In this document: positions 7,631 to 14,908 of the stretch, piece by piece
Numbering within the stretch: the first letter of the stretch is position 1
Layout of the letters: each line of letters begins with the position of its first letter
Virus record (IMG/VR): IMGVR_UViG_3300032257_000071
Span: 1 to 35,241 of that record
Length of the DNA stretch: 35,241 nucleotides
Reading direction: 5' to 3' (one strand)
Origin: a virus
Taxonomy: Duplodnaviria > Caudoviricetes
Made by a program: the position numbers and the translations under genes
The notes under the pieces: generated by a model
What the model saw: only the letters and a program-made list of their open reading frames with translations
Databases searched by the model: none
What the model was told of the DNA's origin: nothing

Positions 7631-8049
7631 GCTGCGCTTCTCCTCGAGGACGGACAGGCCGCCAGCCAGTCGGCGCGGAACTGCGCGGGGCTGCGATCGC
7701 CCCGGCGGGTGTCGGTGGTGGGGTCGTGGATCTCGGGGACGGCGCCCTCGGCGAGACGCTCCAGGAAGACGAGGCGCTTCTCCCAGCTCCAAGCCGACGG
7801 CGACGGCAGCCCGCGGCACAGGCACCACGCACAGACGATGCTGTAGTCCGGTACCAGCTGCCCGAGGTGGCTCATGAAGCCCCGACGGGTCGCGGCGTAG
7901 TGCTCGTCGGCCTTGGCGCTGCGGACGCTCCAGACGGGGTCCTGGGCGCGGTGGCGGGTGGCCTTCTGTGCGGGCGTCTCGGCCTTGCGGCGGCGCTGGT
8001 ACGCGGCGGCCTCGTCCTCGAGGAAGGCGCGGGGGATACGAGCGCGCAT
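7627..8049 (-). CDS. Hypothetical protein, 140 aa
   Basis: TGATG overlap start at 8049; MRARIPRAFLEDEAAAY... Confidence 0.7.
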   Translation of the reverse strand: MRARIPRAFLEDEAAAYQRRRKAETPAQKATRHRAQDPVWSVRSAKADEHYAATRRGFMSHLGQLVPDYSIVCAWCLCRGLPSPSAWSWEKRLVFLERLAEGAVPEIHDPTTDTRRGDRSPAQFRADWLAACPSSRRSAA

Positions 8050-8936
8050 CAGAACAGCGCCTCTTCCGTCTCGGCGCGCTGGGCGTCGTACCAGACCGTG
8101 AACCGCTCGCGGCCCACCGCGTCGCCATCGAGGATCCACGCCCGAGCCTTGCGCCGGGCGTCGTCGCTGTCGCTGGCGTCGAGATTGCGCCCCAGCGTGA
8201 CCAGCCACGCCTTGAGCGGCGTCGCGCTCTCCAGCTGGAGCGCCTCGGCGATCTCCTCGTAGAAGGCATCGGGGCCGTAGTCCCCGTCGGGCGTGGGGGC
8301 GTCCTCCTGCCCGGCCTCGTCGGCGGCGCGGTTCTGTTCCGTGCGCCAGGTGCGCCAGCGCAGGAGCCGCTCGCGGCCGGCGCTGCTGCTCAGGTACTCG
8401 ACCGCCCGGTGGCGCCCCTGGTCCGTGAGCGCGCTCAGGGGCTGCTCCTTGGCGTCCTCGGCGAACTGGTCCAGCTCATCCATCGTGAGGCTGCTCGACT
8501 CGAACAGCGCCTCGTAGGCGGCTTCGGCGGTGAGGCCGGGCTCCCGCTTCTTCGCGGCGACGCGGTGGTCCGTCTCCCGCCCGGAGAGCCAGTCGGCCAG
8601 CTCCTCGGCGCTGGCGTAGCTGTCACCGATGAAGCCTGCGGCGGCCAGGGCACGCCCGGTGGCGGTCGTCTCGACCTTCTCCAGCGCCTTGTCCTGGTTG
8701 GCCTTGCCGCCGGCGAGCTGGGCGTGGCCGGTAGCGACCACGCGCCCCTGGGGGTCGGTGATGGTGGCCCGCATGCGAATCAGCCCCGGCTCGACGGCGA
8801 GCAGTTCGTGGGAGATGCCCCAGCCATCCTTCGTGGGGTGCTGCTGGCGGAACAGGGTGATCCGCAGCGGCACGGTCATGTACTCTTTGCCGTGCATGTT
8901 GAGCACGCCAGCGGTGTCGGTCTGTGTGACGGCCAT
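8049..8936 (-). CDS. Putative single-strand annealing/recombination protein (Rad52/Erf/Sak-like) with helical C-terminal extension
   Basis: GKEYMTV..RI..FR...VATGHA...ALEKVETTATGRALAAAG...ASAEE pattern typical of phage SSAPs; early-left location. Confidence 0.7.
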   Translation of the reverse strand: MAVTQTDTAGVLNMHGKEYMTVPLRITLFRQQHPTKDGWGISHELLAVEPGLIRMRATITDPQGRVVATGHAQLAGGKANQDKALEKVETTATGRALAAAGFIGDSYASAEELADWLSGRETDHRVAAKKREPGLTAEAAYEALFESSSLTMDELDQFAEDAKEQPLSALTDQGRHRAVEYLSSSAGRERLLRWRTWRTEQNRAADEAGQEDAPTPDGDYGPDAFYEEIAEALQLESATPLKAWLVTLGRNLDASDSDDARRKARAWILDGDAVGRERFTVWYDAQRAETEEALF

Positions 8937-9036
8937 GACTCTCTCTCTCGTCTGTGTGTAGTGAAAGGGTGCCGGCCCTGGTGGGAGCCTCTAAGAGCGT
9001 GAGGAGTGCGAACATCCACGCCAGGGCCGGCGGAGG

Positions 9037-9570
9037 TTAGAAGCCGTTGCCGTCGCCGGTGCCGTCGCCGTCGCCGGTGCCGTCGCCGTCGCCGTAGTCG
9101 CCGTAGTCGCCGTAGCCGTAGCCGTAGCCGTAGCCGTAGCCGTTGCCGATGCTGATGCCGTAGCCGATGCTGATGCCGTAGCCGTCGCCGGTGCCGTCGC
9201 CGTCGCCGTAGCCGTCGCCGTCGCCGTAGCCGTCGCCGGTGCCGTCGCCGGTGCCGTCGCCGTAGCCGTAGCCGTAGCCGTAGCCGTTGCCGATGCCGTA
9301 GCCGTAGCCGATGCTGATGCCGTAGCCGATGCTGATGCCGTAGCCGTCGCCGTCGCCGTCGCCGTAGCCGTAGCCGTAGCCGTCGCCGTCGAGCCTGACA
9401 GTAGCGCGCAGCCACGCCATCTCGTCGCCGCCAAGGTCCATCGCCAGCGCCTCAGACACCGGCACGGCGACCCGGCCGTCCGCCCAGCGCGCCCATGCGC
9501 CCCAGGCCCCGTCGTGACATGCCCCTGCGGCGACCAGATCGCCCACAGTGATAGCCGTCAGCGGGAGCAT
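9037..9570 (-). CDS. Gly-X repeat protein (GDGYGYG...), 177 aa
   Basis: TGATG-coupled to the upstream gene; short globular N-terminus with GAC motif, then ~115 aa of mostly alternating Gly. Confidence 0.8.
   Translation of the reverse strand: MLPLTAITVGDLVAAGACHDGAWGAWARWADGRVAVPVSEALAMDLGGDEMAWLRATVRLDGDGYGYGYGDGDGDGYGISIGYGISIGYGYGIGNGYGYGYGYGDGTGDGTGDGYGDGDGYGDGDGTGDGYGISIGYGISIGNGYGYGYGYGYGDYGDYGDGDGTGDGDGTGDGNGF
9043..9391. repeat. Hexanucleotide tandem array (GGC-NNC)n on the minus strand with internal block duplications
   Basis: GCCGTA/GCCGTC/GCCGGT units on the + strand; the GYGISIGYGISIG block occurs twice. Confidence 0.95.
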
Positions 9571-9842
9571 CACAGCTGCGCCCACTCGGCGGCTGCGGTC
9601 TCGCTCAGATCCCACACCCCGGTGATGGGGCCCATCACCGTGGCCCGCCCACAGGCAGGGCCCACCTTGCAGCCCTCGGGGCCGTTGGCGGCGATGCCGA
9701 GAAAGCCCTGGCCGCTCCTGAAATTGATGACGTTGCGCACGTCGGTGATGACGATCTTATCGGTGGGCTCCTGCCCAGCGTCCTCGGTGATGTGACCGAC
9801 GAAGATGCCCTTGTAGCTGGTAGTGATCATGACGAGTCGCAT
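9570..9842 (-). CDS. DUF6948-like small beta (Sm-like) protein, 90 aa
   Basis: VMITTSYKGIFVG...ITDVRNVINF....GFLGIAANGP pattern; this family typically precedes Gly-X repeat genes in phages; GGAG RBS. Confidence 0.7.
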   Translation of the reverse strand: MRLVMITTSYKGIFVGHITEDAGQEPTDKIVITDVRNVINFRSGQGFLGIAANGPEGCKVGPACGRATVMGPITGVWDLSETAAAEWAQL

Positions 9843-9892
9843 GTTTGCTCCGTGCCGCACAGTCGCGGCGTTGTGGTTGTGGATGAAAAGAA

Positions 9893-10039
9893 TCAGCGGA
9901 GGTGAAGGCCCAGCGGGTCCCAGGGGTCACCGCGCAGCTCGCGCTCACCGCAGCCAGCCAGCCCGGCACAGGCCAGCACCAGGGCGACGCTCACGAACAG
10001 CGCCAGCCAGAACGACGGCTCGTCAGGGCGGCGGCTCAC
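9893..10039 (-). CDS. Small predicted lipoprotein, 48 aa
   Basis: GTGA-coupled; MSRRPDEPSFWLALFVSVALVLACAGLAG-C with LAGC lipobox. Confidence 0.6.
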   Translation of the reverse strand: MSRRPDEPSFWLALFVSVALVLACAGLAGCGERELRGDPWDPLGLHLR

Positions 10040-10185
10040 AGCGGCCCCCAGGTCGCCGCCTCGGCAGCGGCCAGCCCCAGCACCAGGCCGAGGCCGCCGA
10101 AGCCCAAGGCGACGACGAGGTAGGGGCCGACGCTGAGCAGCAGCGACACGGGGCCGGCGAGACGGCCGAGGGAGGGCGCGGTCAT
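10036..10185 (-). CDS. Small membrane protein, 49 aa (not in the ORF track)
   Basis: ATGA/GTGA overlaps at both ends; MTAPSLGRLAGPVSLLLSVGPYLVVALGFGGLGLVLGLAAAEAATWGPL. Confidence 0.65.
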   Translation of the reverse strand: MTAPSLGRLAGPVSLLLSVGPYLVVALGFGGLGLVLGLAAAEAATWGPL

Positions 10186-10382
10186 CCCCACACCTCCAGC
10201 GCTGCGTCCTGGGCGGCCGCCTGGGCGGTGTCCAGGTCAGCGGCGACACCCCGAGTGGGGCCGTCGGTCAGGTACCAGTGGTAGCGGCCGCCGCGCACCT
10301 CGATGCGGGCGATAGCCGTCCACTGTGCGTGCACGTAGAGCAGCCACGCGGGGCCGTCGGTGACCCACCGGAGCCCCCTCAC
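10182..10382 (-). CDS. Hypothetical protein, 66 aa
   Basis: Translationally coupled on both sides; Trp/Tyr-rich beta region followed by a helix. Confidence 0.7.
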   Translation of the reverse strand: MRGLRWVTDGPAWLLYVHAQWTAIARIEVRGGRYHWYLTDGPTRGVAADLDTAQAAAQDAALEVWG

Positions 10383-11068
10383 GATGCCATCCGGCGGGCG
10401 GCCGTGGAGGTGCGGCGTGCGTCACAGGCGCCCTGCGAGCGGCTGTAGTTGCCGGGGGTGGTGGGTCGGATGAGCGCCACGAGCGTCGGGTGGAGGGGCT
10501 GGCCGACGTGGTCCACGAGCAAGAAGCGGGCGTTGCGCTGGGCCCAGCGCCAGAGGTAGCGGCTGTACCGCTGCTCGATCTCGATGCGGCTGGCATCGGT
10601 CCTGGCCCAGGTGCGGCGACGGGCGAGGCCCGTGGTGTGGTTGGCGGCCCCGGCGGGGTTCAGTTCGACCCACAGGGCGGTGACCCGGTCGCGCCACTGT
10701 GCAGCCAGGAAGACCAGCGTGAGGGCGTCCTTGAAGCCGTCGGCGAGCGAGGGGTAGGCGCGCATGGCGCCGGCGAGGCGCTCGGCGTGGAGGCGCAGGT
10801 CGAAGGGCAGCGCGGCGATGCGGGCGTCGTTGGCGGCGACGATCGCGGCCAGCTCGGCGTCGAGTTCGGCAGGGCTGCTGCCCTCGCGGTCCTCGTCCTC
10901 GGTGGGGCGGGCGCCGGGCTCGGGGGTGTAGGAGGCGTCCGAGCCGTGACAGTGGCCGTCCGGGTGGTTCCAGGCAGCCCGGCCACAGCCGCCGCAGGGA
11001 GGCTCGGGGGTGGTGTCGGGCTCGGGAGCGGGAGCGAAGCGGCAGGCGTCGAAGATGTTGGCGGTCAT
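10379..11068 (-). CDS. Hypothetical protein, 229 aa; first gene of the leftward early operon (N-terminal Cys/His cluster)
   Basis: AAGGAG RBS; directly downstream of the PL-like promoter; CGGC..WNH..HC motif. Confidence 0.75.
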   Translation of the reverse strand: MTANIFDACRFAPAPEPDTTPEPPCGGCGRAAWNHPDGHCHGSDASYTPEPGARPTEDEDREGSSPAELDAELAAIVAANDARIAALPFDLRLHAERLAGAMRAYPSLADGFKDALTLVFLAAQWRDRVTALWVELNPAGAANHTTGLARRRTWARTDASRIEIEQRYSRYLWRWAQRNARFLLVDHVGQPLHPTLVALIRPTTPGNYSRSQGACDARRTSTAARRMAS

Positions 11069-11078
11069 CGTGTGCTCC

Positions 11079-11129
11079 TTAGATGCTATCTATATACAGC
11101 ACCTATCGGAACACTTCAACAATATCTAT
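11079..11129 (-). promoter_or_regulatory. PL-like early promoter with operator
   Basis: TTGAAG-N17-TATATA (-35 at 11119-11114, -10 at 11096-11091); TAGAT-N3-ATCTA palindrome at 11080-11092; mirrored at 11786-11836. Confidence 0.85.
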
Positions 11130-11160
11130 AAAGATTCTCGAAATCGGTCAGACACAGGCC

Positions 11161-11205
11161 TCGACGGCAGCAGTTTGTTCAGGTACTACCTGAACAGGAT
11201 TTGAG
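11161..11205 (+). promoter_or_regulatory. Putative promoter convergent on the repressor, with a palindrome and a LexA-like box
   Basis: TCGACG-N17-TACTAC; perfect palindrome TGTTCAGGTA-C-TACCTGAACA at 11176-11196; CTCAAATCCTGTTCAGG on the minus strand at 11205-11189. Confidence 0.5.
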
Positions 11206-11211
11206 GTGGGT

Positions 11212-11502
11212 ATGGGGCAGCCAGCAGACAGCCGGACATCCGTGGCGCTCAGAGCACGAGCAGCCCAAGCCGTAATCGGGATGAGCGAGACGCGTATACG
11301 GCTGCTTTGGCCGCTGTTACGGCTGATCGCCTGGGCGGGCCGGTCTCGGCATGTGCGACCGCTCCCAGCCGCCGATCATCTCGGCGATGACCTGGCGGTG
11401 CCCCTCGGGCAGATGCGGCAGGAGGGCAACGAGTCGGGCTGTGATGTGGCGCAGCTCGGCCGGGAGGACTTCGACGCCTCGGGCGATCTCCACTACCGGT
11501 AG
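11212..11502 (+). CDS. Candidate antirepressor/antisense ORF overlapping the repressor 3' end, 96 aa
   Basis: GAGG SD 5 nt before ATG 11212; preceded by the promoter-like element; 186-nt antisense overlap makes coding status uncertain. Confidence 0.35.
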   Translation: MGQPADSRTSVALRARAAQAVIGMSETRIRLLWPLLRLIAWAGRSRHVRPLPAADHLGDDLAVPLGQMRQEGNESGCDVAQLGREDFDASGDLHYR

Positions 11503-11751
11503 CGGGCCCGTATAGGTGCGCTCTGCGCTGGCGAAGTCCACCACGTCGACCAGCAGGCGCAGGTCCAGTGCCTCACAGATCCGGCGCAGGAGGTCTAAGG
11601 AGGGGTCGGCCTTGCCCGACTCGAAGACGCTCAGAGTGGGTTGTGAGCAGCCCACCTCGGCGGCTACGTCCTTCTGTTGACGCTTCCTCACCTTCTGCCG
11701 AATGCGCTTGATCTTGGGGCCGAGGTAGGGCGCGAAGTCAGTGTTAGCCAT
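11317..11751 (-). CDS. CI-like XRE-family HTH repressor, 144 aa, with no S24 autoprotease domain
   Basis: LGPKIKRIR...QKDVAAEVGCSQPTLSVFESGKADPSLDLLRRICEAL; divergent from the cro-like gene. Confidence 0.88.
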   Translation of the reverse strand: MANTDFAPYLGPKIKRIRQKVRKRQQKDVAAEVGCSQPTLSVFESGKADPSLDLLRRICEALDLRLLVDVVDFASAERTYTGPLPVVEIARGVEVLPAELRHITARLVALLPHLPEGHRQVIAEMIGGWERSHMPRPARPGDQP

Positions 11752-11784
11752 GGTCTGATCCTGCCACGCCCGGGCGGGCTGTCG
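11752..11784 (-). promoter_or_regulatory. Possible PRM-like leaderless promoter for the repressor
   Basis: TCGACA-N16-CAGGAT-N6-ATG with TG upstream of the -10; next to an ATAGAT operator half-site. Confidence 0.4.
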
Positions 11785-11785
11785 A

Positions 11786-11836
11786 ATAGATGTGGTTGAA
11801 GACCTACGGCGCAGCGTATATATAGATTCCATCTAA
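11786..11836 (+). promoter_or_regulatory. PR-like early promoter with operator
   Basis: ATAGAT-N3-GTTGAAG-N17-TATATAGAT-tc-CATCTAA, the same architecture as the leftward promoter. Confidence 0.85.
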
Positions 11837-11849
11837 TTTGGAGTCTGCC

Positions 11850-12113
11850 GTGCGCGCCGTTGACCACCTCTTTGAGTTCCTGTGGCCGCTGCTGTCCGAA
11901 AAGAAGGTCACCCGGCAACGTGATCTGGCTGAGCTGCTGGGCGTGACACAACCGACGGTCACCGCCTACGTAAGCGGACAGGTGCCCCTGCCGCACAGCA
12001 AGGTGAGCACGCTCGTTCGGGCGCTGGAGCTGGGCGACGCTGCCGAGCTGGAGCTGGGCCGGCTGGTACGGGCGGTGGACGCCGAGCGCGCCGCGGCCCG
12101 AGGGGCGGCATGA
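11850..12113 (+). CDS. Cro-like HTH regulator, 87 aa
   Basis: RQRDLAELLGVTQPTVTAYVSG HTH; GGAG RBS before GTG 11850. Confidence 0.85.
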   Translation: MRAVDHLFEFLWPLLSEKKVTRQRDLAELLGVTQPTVTAYVSGQVPLPHSKVSTLVRALELGDAAELELGRLVRAVDAERAAARGAA

Positions 12114-12256
12114 TCGCCGTCCCTCCGCCCTGGGCGCCGCGCTTCCTGCGCCCGCTCACGCTCCCCGTCCACCTGCCTGCGCCGGTGTGGTCCGCGCTGC
12201 TCCTGGAGGTCCCCGTCTTCTGGCTGTTCTGGCTGCCGACCTGGGGGCAGGCGTGA
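12110..12256 (+). CDS. Small hydrophobic Pro/Trp-rich protein, 48 aa (not in the ORF track)
   Basis: ATGA and GTGA overlaps; MIAVPPPWAPRFLRPLTLPVHLPAPVWSALLLEVPVFWLFWLPTWGQA. Confidence 0.55.
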   Translation: MIAVPPPWAPRFLRPLTLPVHLPAPVWSALLLEVPVFWLFWLPTWGQA

Positions 12257-12441
12257 CCCTGCTCGTCACCGTCTGGGCCCGTCGCCCCACCTCGCCGATC
12301 TGGAGCGCCGCCGGCTGCCGGGCCGGACCGATCCACCTGCCCCCGGACGAAGCGGCGACCCTTGCCGCTCGACTCCGCACCCTGGGCCTGATCACCACCA
12401 TCCGGGCCAGCGGTGCCCCCGCCCCGTTGGTGCTGCTGTGA
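12253..12441 (+). CDS. Hypothetical protein, 62 aa
   Basis: GTGA overlaps at both ends. Confidence 0.55.
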   Translation: MTLLVTVWARRPTSPIWSAAGCRAGPIHLPPDEAATLAARLRTLGLITTIRASGAPAPLVLL

Positions 12442-13175
12442 TCCTCCGGTGCGTCATCGAGGGCGCCCCCGTCGGCAAGGGCCGCGGCCGTGCCGTGCGT
12501 CAGGGCCCCGGCGTCCGCATCGTCACCCCGAAGACGACCCGCGCCTGGGAGGCCCGCGCCGCCGGCGAGCTCGCGGACGTCTACGACGGCGAGACGATCA
12601 CCGGCCCCGTCCGCGTCGAAGTCCTCGCCGTCAAGGCCCGGCCGAAGCGGCTGCAGCGCCGCGCCGACCCCGAGGGCCTCATCTGGCGCCCGCACAAGCC
12701 CGACGCGGACAACGTCGCCAAGGCAGTGTGCGACGCCCTGGAGAAGTCCGGGGTCATCGCCAACGACATTCAGGTGGTCGAGCTGGTCGCGCGCAGCGTC
12801 TTCGCCGAGCGCGACGGCGAGCCCCGAGTGGTGGTCACCGTCGACCTGGTGCCCGAGCTGCCCGTGCTCGAGGAGACACCCGCCGACGCCGAAGACGAGG
12901 CCGGCTTCCACGACGACGCCGACCTGCCCGCCGACGCCGCGGCGCTGTACGCCGCCATGGCCGACCAGTCCACGCGCACCGCCGAGGGCAAGGCGGCCTT
13001 CCGTGCGCTGCTCGCGGAGTACCAGCGGATCACCAGGACCGGGCAACCGCTGGTGGAGTGGTTCGACGACGGCGTAGGCTCCGGCGACGCTGAGCGTCTG
13101 GTGGCCATCCTCGAGGACGACACCCCGCCGACCGAGCAGCCTGCCCAGCTCGCGCTCTTGGGGGCGGCGCGATGA
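12438..13175 (+). CDS. rusA: RusA-family Holliday junction resolvase with acidic C-terminal extension
   Basis: G.PVGKGR.R...TPK.TR.WE and KPDADNVAKAVCDAL...VIANDIQVVEL motifs. Confidence 0.9.
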   Translation: MILRCVIEGAPVGKGRGRAVRQGPGVRIVTPKTTRAWEARAAGELADVYDGETITGPVRVEVLAVKARPKRLQRRADPEGLIWRPHKPDADNVAKAVCDALEKSGVIANDIQVVELVARSVFAERDGEPRVVVTVDLVPELPVLEETPADAEDEAGFHDDADLPADAAALYAAMADQSTRTAEGKAAFRALLAEYQRITRTGQPLVEWFDDGVGSGDAERLVAILEDDTPPTEQPAQLALLGAAR

Positions 13176-13465
13176 GCTGTCTGCTGTGCAAGTCCGGCTG
13201 CGCCCACTGTCGCGCTGAGCGTCTGTGGGTCGAAGTGCAGGCCATCGCCGCCGCCGTCGGAGACACGGCCACCAATGGCGCCGAGGCGTACGGGCTCATC
13301 GATACGATCGCCTGGGACGCCTTCTACGCGATGGAGATTCTGGACGAGGACGGGGAGCGGGACTCGCAAGCCTACAGAGCAGAGCTCAGGACCTACCAGG
13401 AGTACGCCGGGCTCCGCGAGCGCCTCGATACGGCAGTCGCCGAGGGGGTCATCCAATGGCGATGA
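13172..13465 (+). CDS. Hypothetical protein, 97 aa (N-terminal Cys cluster)
   Basis: ATGA overlap; CLLCKSGCAHC. Confidence 0.7.
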   Translation: MSCLLCKSGCAHCRAERLWVEVQAIAAAVGDTATNGAEAYGLIDTIAWDAFYAMEILDEDGERDSQAYRAELRTYQEYAGLRERLDTAVAEGVIQWR

Positions 13466-13806
13466 GCTGCCCCATCCTGCCCCCGACGACGGCGGCCGAC
13501 GTGCCGCTCTACCTCGACGGCAACGCCGGCGCCTGGGCCGGGCGGATCCGCCTGCTCGCCCGGGACTACGACGGCGACGCCCTGGTGGCGGCGCTGCGCT
13601 GCTACGCCCGGGGTGCCTACGCCCAAGACGTTGCCCCTTACGCCTGTCAGCGCCTGTTGACCCTGCTCGACCACCGCGACGCCGACGTGCGCGGCGCGGT
13701 CGCGGCGTGGGTGCAGGCGGTGGCCACCCCTAACAACGATGAAGCCCCGAGCGCTGGAACGCTCGGGGCCTCTGCACCCAACCCTTCGAAGGAGGGACGA
13801 TGCTGA
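13462..13806 (+). CDS. Hypothetical helical protein, 114 aa
   Basis: ATGA overlap at 13462; GC3 codon bias. Confidence 0.6.
   Translation: MSCPILPPTTAADVPLYLDGNAGAWAGRIRLLARDYDGDALVAALRCYARGAYAQDVAPYACQRLLTLLDHRDADVRGAVAAWVQAVATPNNDEAPSAGTLGASAPNPSKEGRC
13744..13799 (+). promoter_or_regulatory. Hairpin + SD-occluding leader upstream of the replication genes
   Basis: GCCCCGAGCG-CTGGAA-CGCTCGGGGC, then CACCCAA-CCCT..AGGG overlapping GGAGG. Confidence 0.55.
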
Positions 13807-14069
13807 ACCAGACTACCGCGCTACGCCTGGAGCGCGCCACTTATTGCGGCCCCCTGGCGGATCCGCGCTGCCGCCGCTGGCTCGACCGCTTCCCCGTGAA
13901 CTCCCGGCTGTGGGTGCTCCAGTACCCCGGCCTGGGCGATGACGAGGTGGAGCGGTCACCGCTGGCGGCTGCTCGGTGGCAGGCCTGGCGCGTCGAGTCC
14001 TGGCTCACGCTGCCGCTCACCGACCGGATCGACTGGATGGAGATCCAGCGCCAGACGTGGGGGCTGTGA
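13800..14069 (+). CDS. Hypothetical Trp-rich protein, 89 aa
   Basis: Strong AAGGAGG RBS; TGATG overlap with the primase gene. Confidence 0.7.
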   Translation: MLNQTTALRLERATYCGPLADPRCRRWLDRFPVNSRLWVLQYPGLGDDEVERSPLAAARWQAWRVESWLTLPLTDRIDWMEIQRQTWGL

Positions 14070-14908
14070 TGCGCGAGCTGATGTTCAGCCTCTTCGACGG
14101 GGCGAAGAACGCCGCGTGGGAGCCCTGTTGCGAGTCGTGGGCGGATCTGCGCTGGCGGCTCCTGTGTGCCCCGGTGCAGCCCCCGGGCGTCGACAAGTTG
14201 GCGCTGCCGGCCTGGTCCCCGGCGATCTTCGAGGGCGACCGCAGGAGCAAGGCCGGCGCGATCTCGCTCGACCTCCTGGTGCTCGACTACGACGACGGCA
14301 CCCCGATCGCCGACGCGGTGAGCCGCTGGTGCCGGTGGCCCGGGCTGCTGCACACCTCCTGGAGCCACACGCCCGAGGTGCCGAAGTTCCGGGTGGTGCT
14401 GCCGCTGCGGTCCCCCATCCCGGCGGCGGGCTGGGCGCAGGCGTGGAGCTGGGCGGCGCAGCACTCCGGGCGGTCCATCGATCCGGCGTGCAAGGACCCG
14501 AGCCGGATCTACTTCGCGAGCGCCATCCCGGCCGGCGGTGAGTCGACCTTCTACGCGACCTCCTGGGGCATGGGGCGGCCGTGGCTACGGATTCCGTGGG
14601 AGCAGGTCGCGCTGCCGAAGCCGAAGGCGGTGAAGCCCTGGCGACCGTTGCCAGGGCACTACCCGCCCGCGGAGTGCGACGCGGCACGGGCGGCGCTGCT
14701 GCGTCTGCCCGAGAAGCGGCTGGCGCTGGGGGCTGCCCTCGGTGGCCAGGTGCGCGGCGAGCGGGTGACCCGGGCGCGCTGCCCGAGCTGCAGCCGGCGC
14801 TCCGTGTGGTGGATCGTGGAGCCCGATCGCTGGTGGGGCGCCAAGTGCGACCACCAGAACAGCTGCGGCTGGGCAGGACCGCTGCGAGAGGTGGCCCATG
14901 TCGCGTGA
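14069..14908 (+). CDS. AEP/PrimPol-type primase (VirE N-terminal-like) with C-terminal zinc finger
   Basis: LVLDYD, HTSWSH, KFRVVLPL and DPACKDPSRIYF motifs; CPSC...CDHQNSC. Confidence 0.82.
   Translation: MRELMFSLFDGAKNAAWEPCCESWADLRWRLLCAPVQPPGVDKLALPAWSPAIFEGDRRSKAGAISLDLLVLDYDDGTPIADAVSRWCRWPGLLHTSWSHTPEVPKFRVVLPLRSPIPAAGWAQAWSWAAQHSGRSIDPACKDPSRIYFASAIPAGGESTFYATSWGMGRPWLRIPWEQVALPKPKAVKPWRPLPGHYPPAECDAARAALLRLPEKRLALGAALGGQVRGERVTRARCPSCSRRSVWWIVEPDRWWGAKCDHQNSCGWAGPLREVAHVA

Noticed and set aside
7353-7832. N-terminal 160 aa of the 763-aa ORF call for the sigma factor
   Set aside because: Arg/Pro-rich off-frame translation overlapping two better genes; the real start is the ATGA-coupled ATG at 7352
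9043-9391. Complete diversity-generating retroelement or CRISPR array
   Set aside because: No reverse transcriptase, no separate template repeat and no repeat-spacer structure anywhere in the genome
8876-9434. Poly-(Ala-Thr) and poly-Arg ORFs over the hexamer array
   Set aside because: Alternative frames of the same repeat; only the Gly-X frame has a coupled start and a globular N-terminus
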